A stretch of DNA of 64,000 nt, taken from an uncultured virus (IMG/VR IMGVR_UViG_3300037225_000630) (lineage: Duplodnaviria > Heunggongvirae > Uroviricota > Caudoviricetes). A program made the translations under genes and the position numbers. Each line of letters opens with the position of its first letter. Within the stretch, counting starts at the first letter, position 1. The notes below the pieces were generated by a model. It saw only the letters and a program-made list of their open reading frames with translations, was not told the origin of the DNA and ran no database searches. Shown piece after piece: positions 43,034 to 52,061 of this stretch. Where the stretch lies: IMG/VR virus record IMGVR_UViG_3300037225_000630; one strand, given 5' to 3'.

Positions 43034-44818
43034 CTAAACCTCCAGAATCTGATATTTAGGTAACTCATAATCTGAACCTACGTTTAACACCTTTGTAGTT
43101 CCGTTTTTAGCAGTACCAGCAAAAGCACTATGACTATGACCATACAACATATAATCAACTTTGTCAAGATAATCTTCATACTTTAAATTAGCACCGAAAT
43201 ATTGAGGTTCTTGAAGTTTACCAAAAGGACCCTGTGCACTTCTAGATTTCCAATCATTCTCAGCATCCTCTGCAATAAAGCCAAAATGAGTTACTAACAT
43301 TGTTATATTCCCTTTGTCTTTAGCCTCTTTCAGACTCTGTATGACTTCCCCAAATTGAAAATGAGAGCGTTTCTGTAACCATTCCATACCTAACGTCTGG
43401 AATCCAGGAATATAGTTTTTATCATTAGTGTAAACATCATCTCTGTACCATCCATCGAAACCTTGAATGAGTAAAGTTTTCTTTTCCTCTTGTAATTCCA
43501 TACCATCAAAAAGATAAACAATATCAAACTTCTTTAATATCTCCATATTCTGTAAATATACTTCATAGGGGTTTTTAGGAGAAATATATGGAATATCAGT
43601 AGATACTGTTTTAGGCAAACTCCAACAATTACCAGTGAAATAAGTAGTTCCTCTTCTTCTTACCATAAAGTTTGTTAGAGGTACTTCTAAGCACCATACT
43701 GTTTGTTTCTGCTCAATAAGCACATTATGATAAGTAGCATCAAATTGAACTGAATCTTTATTTGTAATATATAGTCTTGGATCTCCTCTTGAATCAATTT
43801 TGTATAAAGTTCTTCTATTATGAAGAAGGCATAAAATCTGAAAATTTTCCAAAAATTCTTCAGTACCATAAAGCATATAACTTTCACCACAGGTAGATTT
43901 AGAGGCATTAGCCTGTAAAACTGAAATTAAAAATAATTCAAATTGTCTATCACTTAAGGAATACACCCAATCAGGAAATATTTTTGTATAGAGATATTTA
44001 GAAAAATCTTTAGCTGAAGCATTAGATAATATTATTTCTTTTTGTGGCAAGCATTTTTTAATTAATTTTTTACCACATATTTCTTGTATGTTTCTATTTC
44101 TCTCATAAATAGTATAAGTATAATGTAAAGAAGTAAGAATAGTGAGTATATTATCAATAGGTTTTGATTGATAGATAATATACTGTCCTGTATGTGTATC
44201 TTTTTTTCTTCCAATATATCCATCAGTGAGTATCCATGCTGCTAATTGGATAATTCCATCGGGTATATTATAGTCTTCTTTTTTTTCTGTGGCACATGAC
44301 TTTATTTTTATTCTTCCCTTTATATTCTTTGCAGGAAGATAGTCATATTCTTTAAACTCTCCTTTCTTTCTAGTAGAACACAATACTCTATGTCCTTCAG
44401 TTCCAACAAAAGAGTATTGCTTTACTTGAGTAGATAGTACTTTATCGGTTTCTCTAATAATGATATTATTTATTTTATCCCATTGTCCTTTATCTTCTTG
44501 TATATTATAGCTATAAATACTATCTTCTTTGCTAATGAAGGAGTAGTTAACCCACCCTCTTTTAGTTAAAAGTTCGGTTTCTCTATCAAGACAGTCATGA
44601 TTCCCCATAATAGTTCCAATAGGTAAATCCTTACCTAGTCTATCTCTAACTGTTTTCCAGTAGTTATAGCGATCAGCAAAAGAGACTGAGCCCCAGTCTC
44701 CACAGTGAATAAGAGCATCTGCTTTCTCTTCTTTCATGTTTTGGAGCATGACTAAATTAGCCTGGTCGCCTTTGACTGAGAAGCCCCAGTGCGTATCTGT
44801 TGTCACCATAATCTTCAT
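43034..44818 (-). CDS. calcineurin-like metallophosphoesterase containing an intein
   Basis: DTHWG, HCGD, GNHD, VTH, YGHSH motifs split by an intein. Confidence 0.9.
   Translation of the reverse strand: MKIMVTTDTHWGFSVKGDQANLVMLQNMKEEKADALIHCGDWGSVSFADRYNYWKTVRDRLGKDLPIGTIMGNHDCLDRETELLTKRGWVNYSFISKEDSIYSYNIQEDKGQWDKINNIIIRETDKVLSTQVKQYSFVGTEGHRVLCSTRKKGEFKEYDYLPAKNIKGRIKIKSCATEKKEDYNIPDGIIQLAAWILTDGYIGRKKDTHTGQYIIYQSKPIDNILTILTSLHYTYTIYERNRNIQEICGKKLIKKCLPQKEIILSNASAKDFSKYLYTKIFPDWVYSLSDRQFELFLISVLQANASKSTCGESYMLYGTEEFLENFQILCLLHNRRTLYKIDSRGDPRLYITNKDSVQFDATYHNVLIEQKQTVWCLEVPLTNFMVRRRGTTYFTGNCWSLPKTVSTDIPYISPKNPYEVYLQNMEILKKFDIVYLFDGMELQEEKKTLLIQGFDGWYRDDVYTNDKNYIPGFQTLGMEWLQKRSHFQFGEVIQSLKEAKDKGNITMLVTHFGFIAEDAENDWKSRSAQGPFGKLQEPQYFGANLKYEDYLDKVDYMLYGHSHSAFAGTAKNGTTKVLNVGSDYELPKYQILEV
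43628..44593 (-). mobile_element. intein (322 aa) with LAGLIDADG-like domain
   Basis: GNHD|CLDRETELLT...TEGHRV...AAWILTDG...VWCLEVP...FMVRR...FTGN|C. Confidence 0.9.
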
Positions 44819-44871
44819 AGTTATAGTATACAGATAAAAATACTAAATGTCAATATCTTTTTTTACATTGA

Positions 44872-44993
44872 TGGAGAGTTCGGGTTTGGCCCCGAGTCTT
44901 AAACTAATGCATCCGTTTAAGGAACAGACCTGTTCGATTTTTAGGCATATCCGTTAGGTCTAATCATCAGCTTAATCGAATCAACAACTCCCC
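44872..44993 (-). ncRNA. mini-tmRNA-like RNA (tRNA-like domain with only a 55-nt interior)
   Basis: Acceptor GGGGAGT/ACTCTCC with G3.U70 and A73; GATTCGA D-loop equivalent; 11-bp helix 2; GAC linker; T-arm. Confidence 0.8.
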
Positions 44994-45003
44994 TTGTATT
45001 AAT

Positions 45004-45032
45004 ATTATACTTTACATTATTACTAATGTCAA
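45004..45032 (-). promoter_or_regulatory. consensus sigma70 promoter of the mini-tmRNA
   Basis: TTGACA-17 nt-TATAAT, 10 nt upstream of the predicted mature 5' end. Confidence 0.85.
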
Positions 45033-47530
45033 GCCACTTTCTCCCATGGTCCCATGCTAAACAAATGATCAAAATCTATATAAAGTCCCTGTTTATTTTC
45101 TCTTTGTAAAGTTACTCCGTCTATATATGTTTTTAAAACTTCATATTGTTCCTGATTAGCATCTCGTATTAAGTCTCCCACAACTACTTCTTTTATATCT
45201 ACTGGTGCCCATTGAACAGGACCAAACGTATCGTTTAGGTTTTCTTCAGCACCTTTTCTTTGGGGTTTGTAATAATAATTAGGATATTCAGCAAATAACC
45301 TAGAATTATATACAGCAGAAGTACCATCATTCCAGTCAATATCTACATCATCACCCTCAATATTTTTAATTATACCAGTACTCTTATTGTATGCATAATC
45401 AGGTACAGCTTTATCATAATACATAGAAATATCCCCAAAAGTAAGATTATCAGTATCTGTTATTAGAATCCAGCCATCATCAGCAGGATCATACTCAGAT
45501 TCAATCTCATTATAGTCTGAAAGAATAAGCAATCGTGGTATTCCCGCAGATAGTAAGTCTTCATTAGTAATATCATTATCACTCCATTTAACTCTTATTG
45601 GGCTGCTATACTCAGGATTAAAAGAAAGTATTGTAGCAGTAAGAGTATATATATCATCCTCTGGGATAGAGTTTTGGAATACATAGTCAGGATTCCATCC
45701 TATTGTCATTCCTACTTTAACATTTTTCATAGTGAGAGGTATATTTTTAAGAGGAGAAGTAGTTTCTTCTTTAGGAACTAATAATTCAAACTTTCTTTTC
45801 CCTTCTTTTAGTAATTCTATTATATCATAAGCATCATAAGGAGTTTCTGTATTAGTAGATGGAGTCTCATCATACTTAATAGATACAGTTAATCCTGTAT
45901 TCTTTGTTATTACACCTGTGTATTCTTTATTCTCTAGGTTAGTAAATATAATTTTTTTACCCACTTCAAACTCATCAATAGTATAAATCTGTTTTCTTAT
46001 TAACCCTTCATCCCCTACTTGTAATTCATTAGTCGTTTTCTTTTTATTATCTTTATTTTTGGAAGGTTCAGCAAATATAAATGTAGACATTCCCCCTACT
46101 TTATCCCACCAAATAGAATGAGTATCATTTCCTTTTTCCCATTTAATTGATATATATCCAGGTTCTAGTTTTATTACCTCTCCTACTTTTTTATTTTCTA
46201 TTTCTGTAGCAGGATTATATTGCACCATATCCCCTATACTAACATTCTCTGGCGTAACTGGTATTGATTTTTTAGATGTAGTGTTCTCAGTAGTATCCTC
46301 TATCTCCAATGTATTTTCAGGAGCATAAAATAAAATAGGTTGATGAATAGGTTGATGAATTGAATTATTAGCTACAACAAAATAATACTCGGAGAAATAA
46401 GCCTCTCCTAATCCTTCCCAATATACCCTAAGCTTAGGACTAGCTTCAGTAATTTGTCCAACTTTACCTTCATATTGTTTTAAATTAGGTTTAATTACTA
46501 TATAATCAGGATTTAAAATAACATCTTTTCCTACTTTAACAGTAGAAGAAGTAACAGGAACTTTTATTTCCTTTTTGGCTCCCTGTACTGCTTTGCCTTG
46601 AATACTTTGTTTTATAGTTGCTATTACCTTTTTTTCTTCTGGTGGGAGTATAGTATCCTCATATTTATATTTGCTTACATATGCAACTACTGGTTGTAAC
46701 TGTGTTGATACTTTATCATAAAATGCTTTTAATGATGTATTATTTCGTTTCCAATCCAACTCATCTTTTATCCATCCAAAACTACCATTTTTTGAGAATT
46801 TTTCCAGTTTATTGAATACAATTCCTGTGTTATGCTCTAAATCATAAGCATGGTCACAATAAATTATTTTTTCTCCAATTTTTTTTGCTCTAAGTAAATC
46901 CAACATACATTGTGCTATTTTTTGCCACGCATGTCCACCAAATGCTCCATTCCATCCTTCATCATCATCAAACATCTCTACGAATACTATAGCTATATCT
47001 GTATCGGAATAATTCAGAGCACGTTGAGTAGCTATTACAGCCTTGAATTGGTTTAAATATTTTCCTGAATCTTTATTTATGGGAAACCGAGAGTTACGTT
47101 TATTCAAGTCTAAACGATGATTAAATTTAGTATAAGGACTAACATTGTCCGCCCCTGAGGCATTATAAAAAAGAGGAAAGATTGAAAGATATTTTACTAG
47201 GAACTTAAAAGTGCGAGGAGAATAATGTTCTTTTAGTGCTTCTTGTGCTTCTTCAGGGGTACTTTTTCTGGCAGCGCTTTTTAATGCATTACAATATTCT
47301 GTAATGTGTTTTAGTTCAGCAGAGCAACAATATTTCAGGGATTTTATTAAAAACTTTGAATGAAGGTCAACACAGTCTTTGACAGCTTCTTTCATTACCC
47401 AATCAACAACATCATCCTTAAAGTCAGTACCATAGACATAGCCTACCATAAAATAAAAGTCTATCATTATTTGTAAAGGGTCTTTAGGCTGATGGTAAAC
47501 AAACTGAGAAAAAATTTCTTGTATCCTCAT
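45029..47530 (-). CDS. large hypothetical protein with C-terminal KOW/SH3-like repeats
   Basis: Repeated VKVG/IGD...G.I...V.W.DG units after a helical N-terminal domain. Confidence 0.65.
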   Translation of the reverse strand: MRIQEIFSQFVYHQPKDPLQIMIDFYFMVGYVYGTDFKDDVVDWVMKEAVKDCVDLHSKFLIKSLKYCCSAELKHITEYCNALKSAARKSTPEEAQEALKEHYSPRTFKFLVKYLSIFPLFYNASGADNVSPYTKFNHRLDLNKRNSRFPINKDSGKYLNQFKAVIATQRALNYSDTDIAIVFVEMFDDDEGWNGAFGGHAWQKIAQCMLDLLRAKKIGEKIIYCDHAYDLEHNTGIVFNKLEKFSKNGSFGWIKDELDWKRNNTSLKAFYDKVSTQLQPVVAYVSKYKYEDTILPPEEKKVIATIKQSIQGKAVQGAKKEIKVPVTSSTVKVGKDVILNPDYIVIKPNLKQYEGKVGQITEASPKLRVYWEGLGEAYFSEYYFVVANNSIHQPIHQPILFYAPENTLEIEDTTENTTSKKSIPVTPENVSIGDMVQYNPATEIENKKVGEVIKLEPGYISIKWEKGNDTHSIWWDKVGGMSTFIFAEPSKNKDNKKKTTNELQVGDEGLIRKQIYTIDEFEVGKKIIFTNLENKEYTGVITKNTGLTVSIKYDETPSTNTETPYDAYDIIELLKEGKRKFELLVPKEETTSPLKNIPLTMKNVKVGMTIGWNPDYVFQNSIPEDDIYTLTATILSFNPEYSSPIRVKWSDNDITNEDLLSAGIPRLLILSDYNEIESEYDPADDGWILITDTDNLTFGDISMYYDKAVPDYAYNKSTGIIKNIEGDDVDIDWNDGTSAVYNSRLFAEYPNYYYKPQRKGAEENLNDTFGPVQWAPVDIKEVVVGDLIRDANQEQYEVLKTYIDGVTLQRENKQGLYIDFDHLFSMGPWEKVA

Positions 47531-47577
47531 GTGTATCCCTATCCCTAATTAGTTAGAAGATAGGGGAATAAACTACT

Positions 47578-47829
47578 TTAGGATAATAATGCCTCTAAAT
47601 CTTCAAGCTTGGGTACGCCTAAATGCTGTTTTGTAGTTCCGTCTTCCTTTTCTGCAATGAAATTAGGGATAGACATTACTGAATATTTTCTACCAATGGG
47701 ATCATCAGTATCAGCATCAATATCATGGAATTCTACCTCTGGATGTAGTGATTTGAATTTTAGCCATATTGGCTCTGCTACCCTACAGGGCATACACCAG
47801 GAAGCCCACCAATGGTACATCGTTATCAT
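47578..47829 (-). CDS. thioredoxin
   Basis: WASWCMPC, VMSIPNF. Confidence 0.9.
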   Translation of the reverse strand: MITMYHWWASWCMPCRVAEPIWLKFKSLHPEVEFHDIDADTDDPIGRKYSVMSIPNFIAEKEDGTTKQHLGVPKLEDLEALLS

Positions 47830-47843
47830 ATATTATCTCCTTT

Positions 47844-47914
47844 TGAGCCTATAGGGAATTGAACCCTAGTTCCCGTGTTTAGAGGACGGTGCTTTACCAC
47901 TGAGCTATAGGCCC
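47844..47914 (-). tRNA. amber suppressor tRNA (CUA)
   Basis: Canonical cloverleaf; anticodon arm CCGTC-CTCTAAA-CACGG (C31/C39 mismatch). Confidence 0.82.
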
Positions 47915-48357
47915 TCTTTTAGTTCCTTTCTAATCTGCATTAAAACTAAACCTAAATAATTCTTGCCAATTCCATCTACCTGTCCCCAGAAGGTATCTCC
48001 CCACGTATTGCCTTCTACAAGTTCTTCTTCACCTGTAGCTAGAAGTTTCTCCTTAAGCTCAGGATATGTTTCATATTTAGTCATATTCACATCATACATA
48101 ATACCTATTTTTATTCCCTCCCAATCAGAACGTAATGTTACTGTCATTCCTGCTCGTTTAGCCTTACCACAAGTAGTAGCCGTTCTAATAAACTTTCGTT
48201 CCTGAATGTCTAAAGTTTTAGCAGCCTGAAATGCATATTCGGTAGAGGGGTAAATGAGCCCTTCAAAAGGAATTTCACAAAGATGGAAATTACTTAAAAA
48301 GCTATACTCACCAAAAAAACCGTAAATCATGGTACTTCCTTTAAAGGTTTTCTCCAT
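47905..48357 (-). CDS. NADAR family protein
   Basis: FLSNF, STEYAFQAAK, LLATGEEELVEGN.WGDTFWG, GKNYLG. Confidence 0.92.
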   Translation of the reverse strand: MEKTFKGSTMIYGFFGEYSFLSNFHLCEIPFEGLIYPSTEYAFQAAKTLDIQERKFIRTATTCGKAKRAGMTVTLRSDWEGIKIGIMYDVNMTKYETYPELKEKLLATGEEELVEGNTWGDTFWGQVDGIGKNYLGLVLMQIRKELKEGL

Positions 48358-48595
48358 CGTTCCTCACTGTGATTAATAATATCAATCTTTGCTCCAAAGA
48401 TTTCATTATCTACTATTTCTTCCCATTCAAAAATTTCTTTTCTTAGTTTATGCTCTACTTCTAGAGCCTTTAATTGAGGCCATCGTTTCTCCATCCACTC
48501 TTTTTCTGCCTGATTCATATCTTACTCCTAAAAAATAGGGAGGATTACTCCTCCCTACTATACTACTTCATATTTACAGTAATGTCAACCCATGA

Positions 48596-48958
48596 TTATG
48601 CTAATCTAAGTTTATATGGTTCCAGAAAGGAAAACTTTGATTCTTCAGAGGGCTTTAAAGCTAGAGCTGTAAGAATACCATCATCCTCTATCATTGGGTA
48701 AACAGGGATTCCTTTATCTTTAGAATAAACTAAAATAGATATTAGCTCATCCTCAGATTTAGCTTTATACACTATTTTTGTAAAGGATTCTTTCATCCAA
48801 TAAAGCATTTCTTCATCCAGATTCCTAATAATAAAAGTATTCCCCTCATACTCTCCTTGATGGAGGATACTCATAATAGATGCATGGGCGCACTGAGCCA
48901 TCATCCTACCTTTGCTGTATCCTGTATCTGGGTTGATAATAATGATTTGTTTTACCAT
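48596..48958 (-). CDS. peptidyl-tRNA hydrolase, Pth2 family
   Basis: KQIIII...SKGRMMAQCAHAS...W...TKIV...IEDDG. Confidence 0.85.
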   Translation of the reverse strand: MVKQIIIINPDTGYSKGRMMAQCAHASIMSILHQGEYEGNTFIIRNLDEEMLYWMKESFTKIVYKAKSEDELISILVYSKDKGIPVYPMIEDDGILTALALKPSEESKFSFLEPYKLRLA

Positions 48959-49446
48959 ATCCCTACCACCTTAGATAAAATAATGTCAATTTCTTTTGAT
49001 GATAATCCATACTTTTGTCCATAATATTTGACATTACCTTTATGCAAGAATTCATTGTCTGTATTGAGTTCATTACCCTTACGAACCTTCTTTTCAATAG
49101 TTTTATATTCCCTACCTTTTATAATACCATAAATAACATTCAAATAACGAGCCTCATGCTTCCCTATTTTATAAGGTACTCTTGTTTCTGTAAATTCAAA
49201 TCCTTCATAGACATCTCGTGAGGTATAATGTCCATTATCATTATTTTGATAATAAGGATCATCATAGGGGATAGGTATACCTTTATTTTTATAGAATGTG
49301 CGGCGAGCTTGGTAATATTGATTGATGGCATCTTGATTGAGTTTGCCATAAACTCCGATCTGTATTTGAAGGGCTTTTAACTCTTCATACTTTTGACGAC
49401 TAACAATATAGTCCCTAATTACTGTCTGTTCAATAATTTCACTCAT
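48952..49446 (-). CDS. hypothetical protein overlapping Pth2
   Basis: 164-aa ORF with AAGGAG SD; ARYLNVIYGIIKGREYKTIE. Confidence 0.7.
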   Translation of the reverse strand: MSEIIEQTVIRDYIVSRQKYEELKALQIQIGVYGKLNQDAINQYYQARRTFYKNKGIPIPYDDPYYQNNDNGHYTSRDVYEGFEFTETRVPYKIGKHEARYLNVIYGIIKGREYKTIEKKVRKGNELNTDNEFLHKGNVKYYGQKYGLSSKEIDIILSKVVGIW

Positions 49447-49493
49447 TGTATTCTCCTTTTATTTGTCAGTACTATATATTATACTCCTGACAA

Positions 49494-49526
49494 TTAAGGA
49501 GGGCTTCTATTAGAAATCTACTTCAT
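49494..49526 (-). promoter_or_regulatory. putative leader ORF M-K-amber-I-S-N-R-S-P-P-stop
   Basis: AAGGAG SD, 6 nt, then ATG AAG TAG ATT TCT AAT AGA AGC CCT CCT TAA. Confidence 0.55.
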
Positions 49527-49592
49527 TTGAACTCCTTTATATATTAGTATTATTCCTCAGATTATTACCGCTAAAATTCTTACCTTTCATAG

Positions 49593-49676
49593 TGCGCCGT
49601 GATGGAGTCGAACCACCCGAGTCTATCGACACCTGATCTACAGTCAGGCCCGCTGCCACTTACGGTATAACGACGC
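49593..49676 (-). tRNA. tRNA-Tyr(GUA)
   Basis: CCTGA-CTGTAGA-TCAGG, long variable arm, A73. Confidence 0.9.
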
Positions 49677-49692
49677 ATATCTATAAAAAAAC

Positions 49693-49765
49693 GCAGGGAA
49701 TCCTATTCCACTTAGACGACTGGGCGGTACCACCACTCATGGGAGTCGAACCCACATCCCCCTGC
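49693..49765 (-). ncRNA. circularly permuted tRNA-like RNA (YrlA-like topology)
   Basis: Order T-arm, closed acceptor-like stem, D-arm; ends paired GCAGGG/CCCTGC. Confidence 0.6.
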
Positions 49766-49767
49766 TC

Positions 49768-49843
49768 CGACTCTAGAGGGTATCGAACCCTCCTGTTCTT
49801 CAGCGTGACAAGCTGATGTCCACCCCATGCAGACCCTAGAGCC
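49768..49843 (-). tRNA. tRNA-Asp(GUC)
   Basis: TCAGC-TTGTCAC-GCTGA, G73. Confidence 0.9.
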
Positions 49844-49844
49844 T

Positions 49845-50399
49845 CTAATCTACATTAAACAAAGTAGGAACATGAGCAGCTTTCCAAAGCTCTTTATAAG
49901 TGTTCTCAACATCTTCTGTAGATTTACTCATGTAATCCTCAGGCAAATCATTCTCCTTTATTAGATTCTTAACATCACCAAAATCATAATATCTACTCTT
50001 ATTATATAGTTGGGCTTCAATCTTGAAATATACTAACCAATATAAATCAATAAGATTATTCTTACTTATTTCTTCTGGATAAGGGTATGCTTTTCCTTTA
50101 ATACCATTCAATTTATCCCCAGAATATATAACTTCTATTTTAGTTATACCCTCCAACATAAATACTCTGCCTCTACCATTAGATTTATCCTTCAAATATG
50201 AAGGAGGAATCAATAATAATTTTTCCTTATCCTCCCTCGCTACTAATATATCTATGTCCTCAGTAGTCCTACTAAACCCATAATAAGGTAATGAAGCTCC
50301 ACCTAATACACAAAAATGAATATCATATTTAAGTAGTATAGATTGTAATCTCTCTACAGTAGTATGTAGAGAATCTATAAACCTTTCCATGAAATTCAT
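49845..50399 (-). CDS. minimal nucleotidyltransferase (Pol beta superfamily)
   Basis: VLGGAS...RTTEDIDIL. Confidence 0.8.
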   Translation of the reverse strand: MNFMERFIDSLHTTVERLQSILLKYDIHFCVLGGASLPYYGFSRTTEDIDILVAREDKEKLLLIPPSYLKDKSNGRGRVFMLEGITKIEVIYSGDKLNGIKGKAYPYPEEISKNNLIDLYWLVYFKIEAQLYNKSRYYDFGDVKNLIKENDLPEDYMSKSTEDVENTYKELWKAAHVPTLFNVD

Positions 50400-50737
50400 T
50401 ATTCCTTCTCCCTCGTCCAGAACAAGTCTTTAAATTTCTTGTTATTCTTGATGAGCTTACGGGCATAGAATGAAGTGTAATTGTTGTTAAGCTTAAACAC
50501 ATTCACAGGGTCCTCAATACCCATCATGTATTCCCACCTCAAACGCTCGAAGAAAAATTTCATACCAATATGCCTTCTACCAGCATTGTAAGCCTGGGTT
50601 GAAAGCAACTTTAAATTGGCATAAATGTGAGGATTCTTTTCATGGAATTCCTCAAACGCCTCTTGAATAGGACGATCCTTGGTAGGGATACGCACAATGG
50701 GAGAGAGATTTAATGTCCTTAGCCCTTTCATATTCAC
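50399..50737 (-). CDS. hypothetical phage protein
   Basis: 112-aa ORF with its own promoter; ERLRWE...LNNNYTSFYAR. Confidence 0.7.
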   Translation of the reverse strand: MNMKGLRTLNLSPIVRIPTKDRPIQEAFEEFHEKNPHIYANLKLLSTQAYNAGRRHIGMKFFFERLRWEYMMGIEDPVNVFKLNNNYTSFYARKLIKNNKKFKDLFWTREKE

Positions 50738-50796
50738 TCCTTATAAAATGTATACTACTTGTAGGTTGAAATGTCAAGTAGTATCCCTTCCTATTT

Positions 50797-51339
50797 TTAT
50801 TCCTTGTTCTTATTCATGTTTGTATCATCAGGTGGAGTGGTTCCTTTTCCTGACGATAGTATGATGATATCTCCCTCATTTGTGTATATCTGCTTGCCAT
50901 CAGCAGTAATACTTTTTGGGGATAATATTTTACCATTATAAGTAATGGTAAAATAATTAGCACCGCTAGTAGTGCCTAGCACTAAAGTATAATGTGTATC
51001 ATTTCCATTACTATTTGGAGTAATAACAGCATTTATATAATAATAAAAAGGTGAAGTATATGGACTATAGCCATAATACATATTTTCAGCATCAGTCCAA
51101 CTACTATTGCTTACGTCCCATCGTATCCACCAAGTTCCATTATTTACTTGATAGTAAGTATTTCCACTCCATCCAGGAGGGAACCCCATTCCATTTTGAA
51201 CCACGGCATAGCAATAGGAATAACTGGTAGTTATCTTAAGATAAGTATTCCCACTCCCCCCCCCTACAGAAGGACTACAACCAATTACCAATACTGACAT
51301 CGCCAGTATTGCCATGAACAAAACCAAAAACTTCTTCAT
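50797..51339 (-). CDS. lipoprotein
   Basis: MKKFLVLFMAILAMSVLVIG-C signal peptide II. Confidence 0.75.
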   Translation of the reverse strand: MKKFLVLFMAILAMSVLVIGCSPSVGGGSGNTYLKITTSYSYCYAVVQNGMGFPPGWSGNTYYQVNNGTWWIRWDVSNSSWTDAENMYYGYSPYTSPFYYYINAVITPNSNGNDTHYTLVLGTTSGANYFTITYNGKILSPKSITADGKQIYTNEGDIIILSSGKGTTPPDDTNMNKNKE

Positions 51340-51544
51340 GTAAAAACCCCTTTGGTAGTCTACTACCATTACACAAAAATATCTATATTCTGCCCTAAAG
51401 CCTCATCCTGAATCTTATTTACTTCAACCTCACCAGTAATAGGCTTTATTATTACGTCTCTCATGTAAACAATACTACATTCTTTTCTATAAGTCAATAC
51501 CTTTCTCTCATCCTCACTAAAGGCTCGTTCAAACTTTACTTGTG

Positions 51545-51712
51545 TCATACAGCCCCCACAGCAGAATGACTATCAGAGGCTTGAAGCAGCCTCTGGTGGA
51601 AATCATCAGCATCAATTCCCTTCTCGAACAAGATATCAGTATAGATACCTTTCTTCATCTGTTCAAAAATAAGGTTCTTTTCAGCTTCAGTTATCTTACT
51701 GTAGTTCTTCAT
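51545..51712 (-). CDS. small MKNYS-family protein, copy 3
   Basis: MKNYSKITEAEK...DILFE; hand translated. Confidence 0.6.
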   Translation of the reverse strand: MKNYSKITEAEKNLIFEQMKKGIYTDILFEKGIDADDFHQRLLQASDSHSAVGAV

Positions 51713-51870
51713 ACTGTTTCCTTCTTATCCTGCTTTTTCTGTACCTGCTTCGCTACCCTCTGCATCCAGTCTTCAAAATCCTCAGAGGACTCAAAAATAT
51801 GCCCACCACGAGAGGAGTTACTTACGTCCTTTTGCTTCTGAGCCTCAGTCATTCTACTGTAGTTCTTCAT
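51709..51870 (-). CDS. small MKNYS-family protein, copy 2
   Basis: MKNYSRMTEAQKQK...IFESSEDFEDWM. Confidence 0.65.
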   Translation of the reverse strand: MKNYSRMTEAQKQKDVSNSSRGGHIFESSEDFEDWMQRVAKQVQKKQDKKETV

Positions 51871-52061
51871 ACTGTTTCCTAGAAATATACATCCTCTCAA
51901 TAAACTCGTTCTCTATTTTAGCATCCTCAGGAGAGAAGATAATGTTCTCAAATATACCCTTATTCATATTATCAAAAAGCTGAACTTTCTGATTCTCAGT
52001 AAGAATGGCATACCTAATGTCCATGTTTATCCTCCTTAAGATAAGTATATCATAGTATTTC

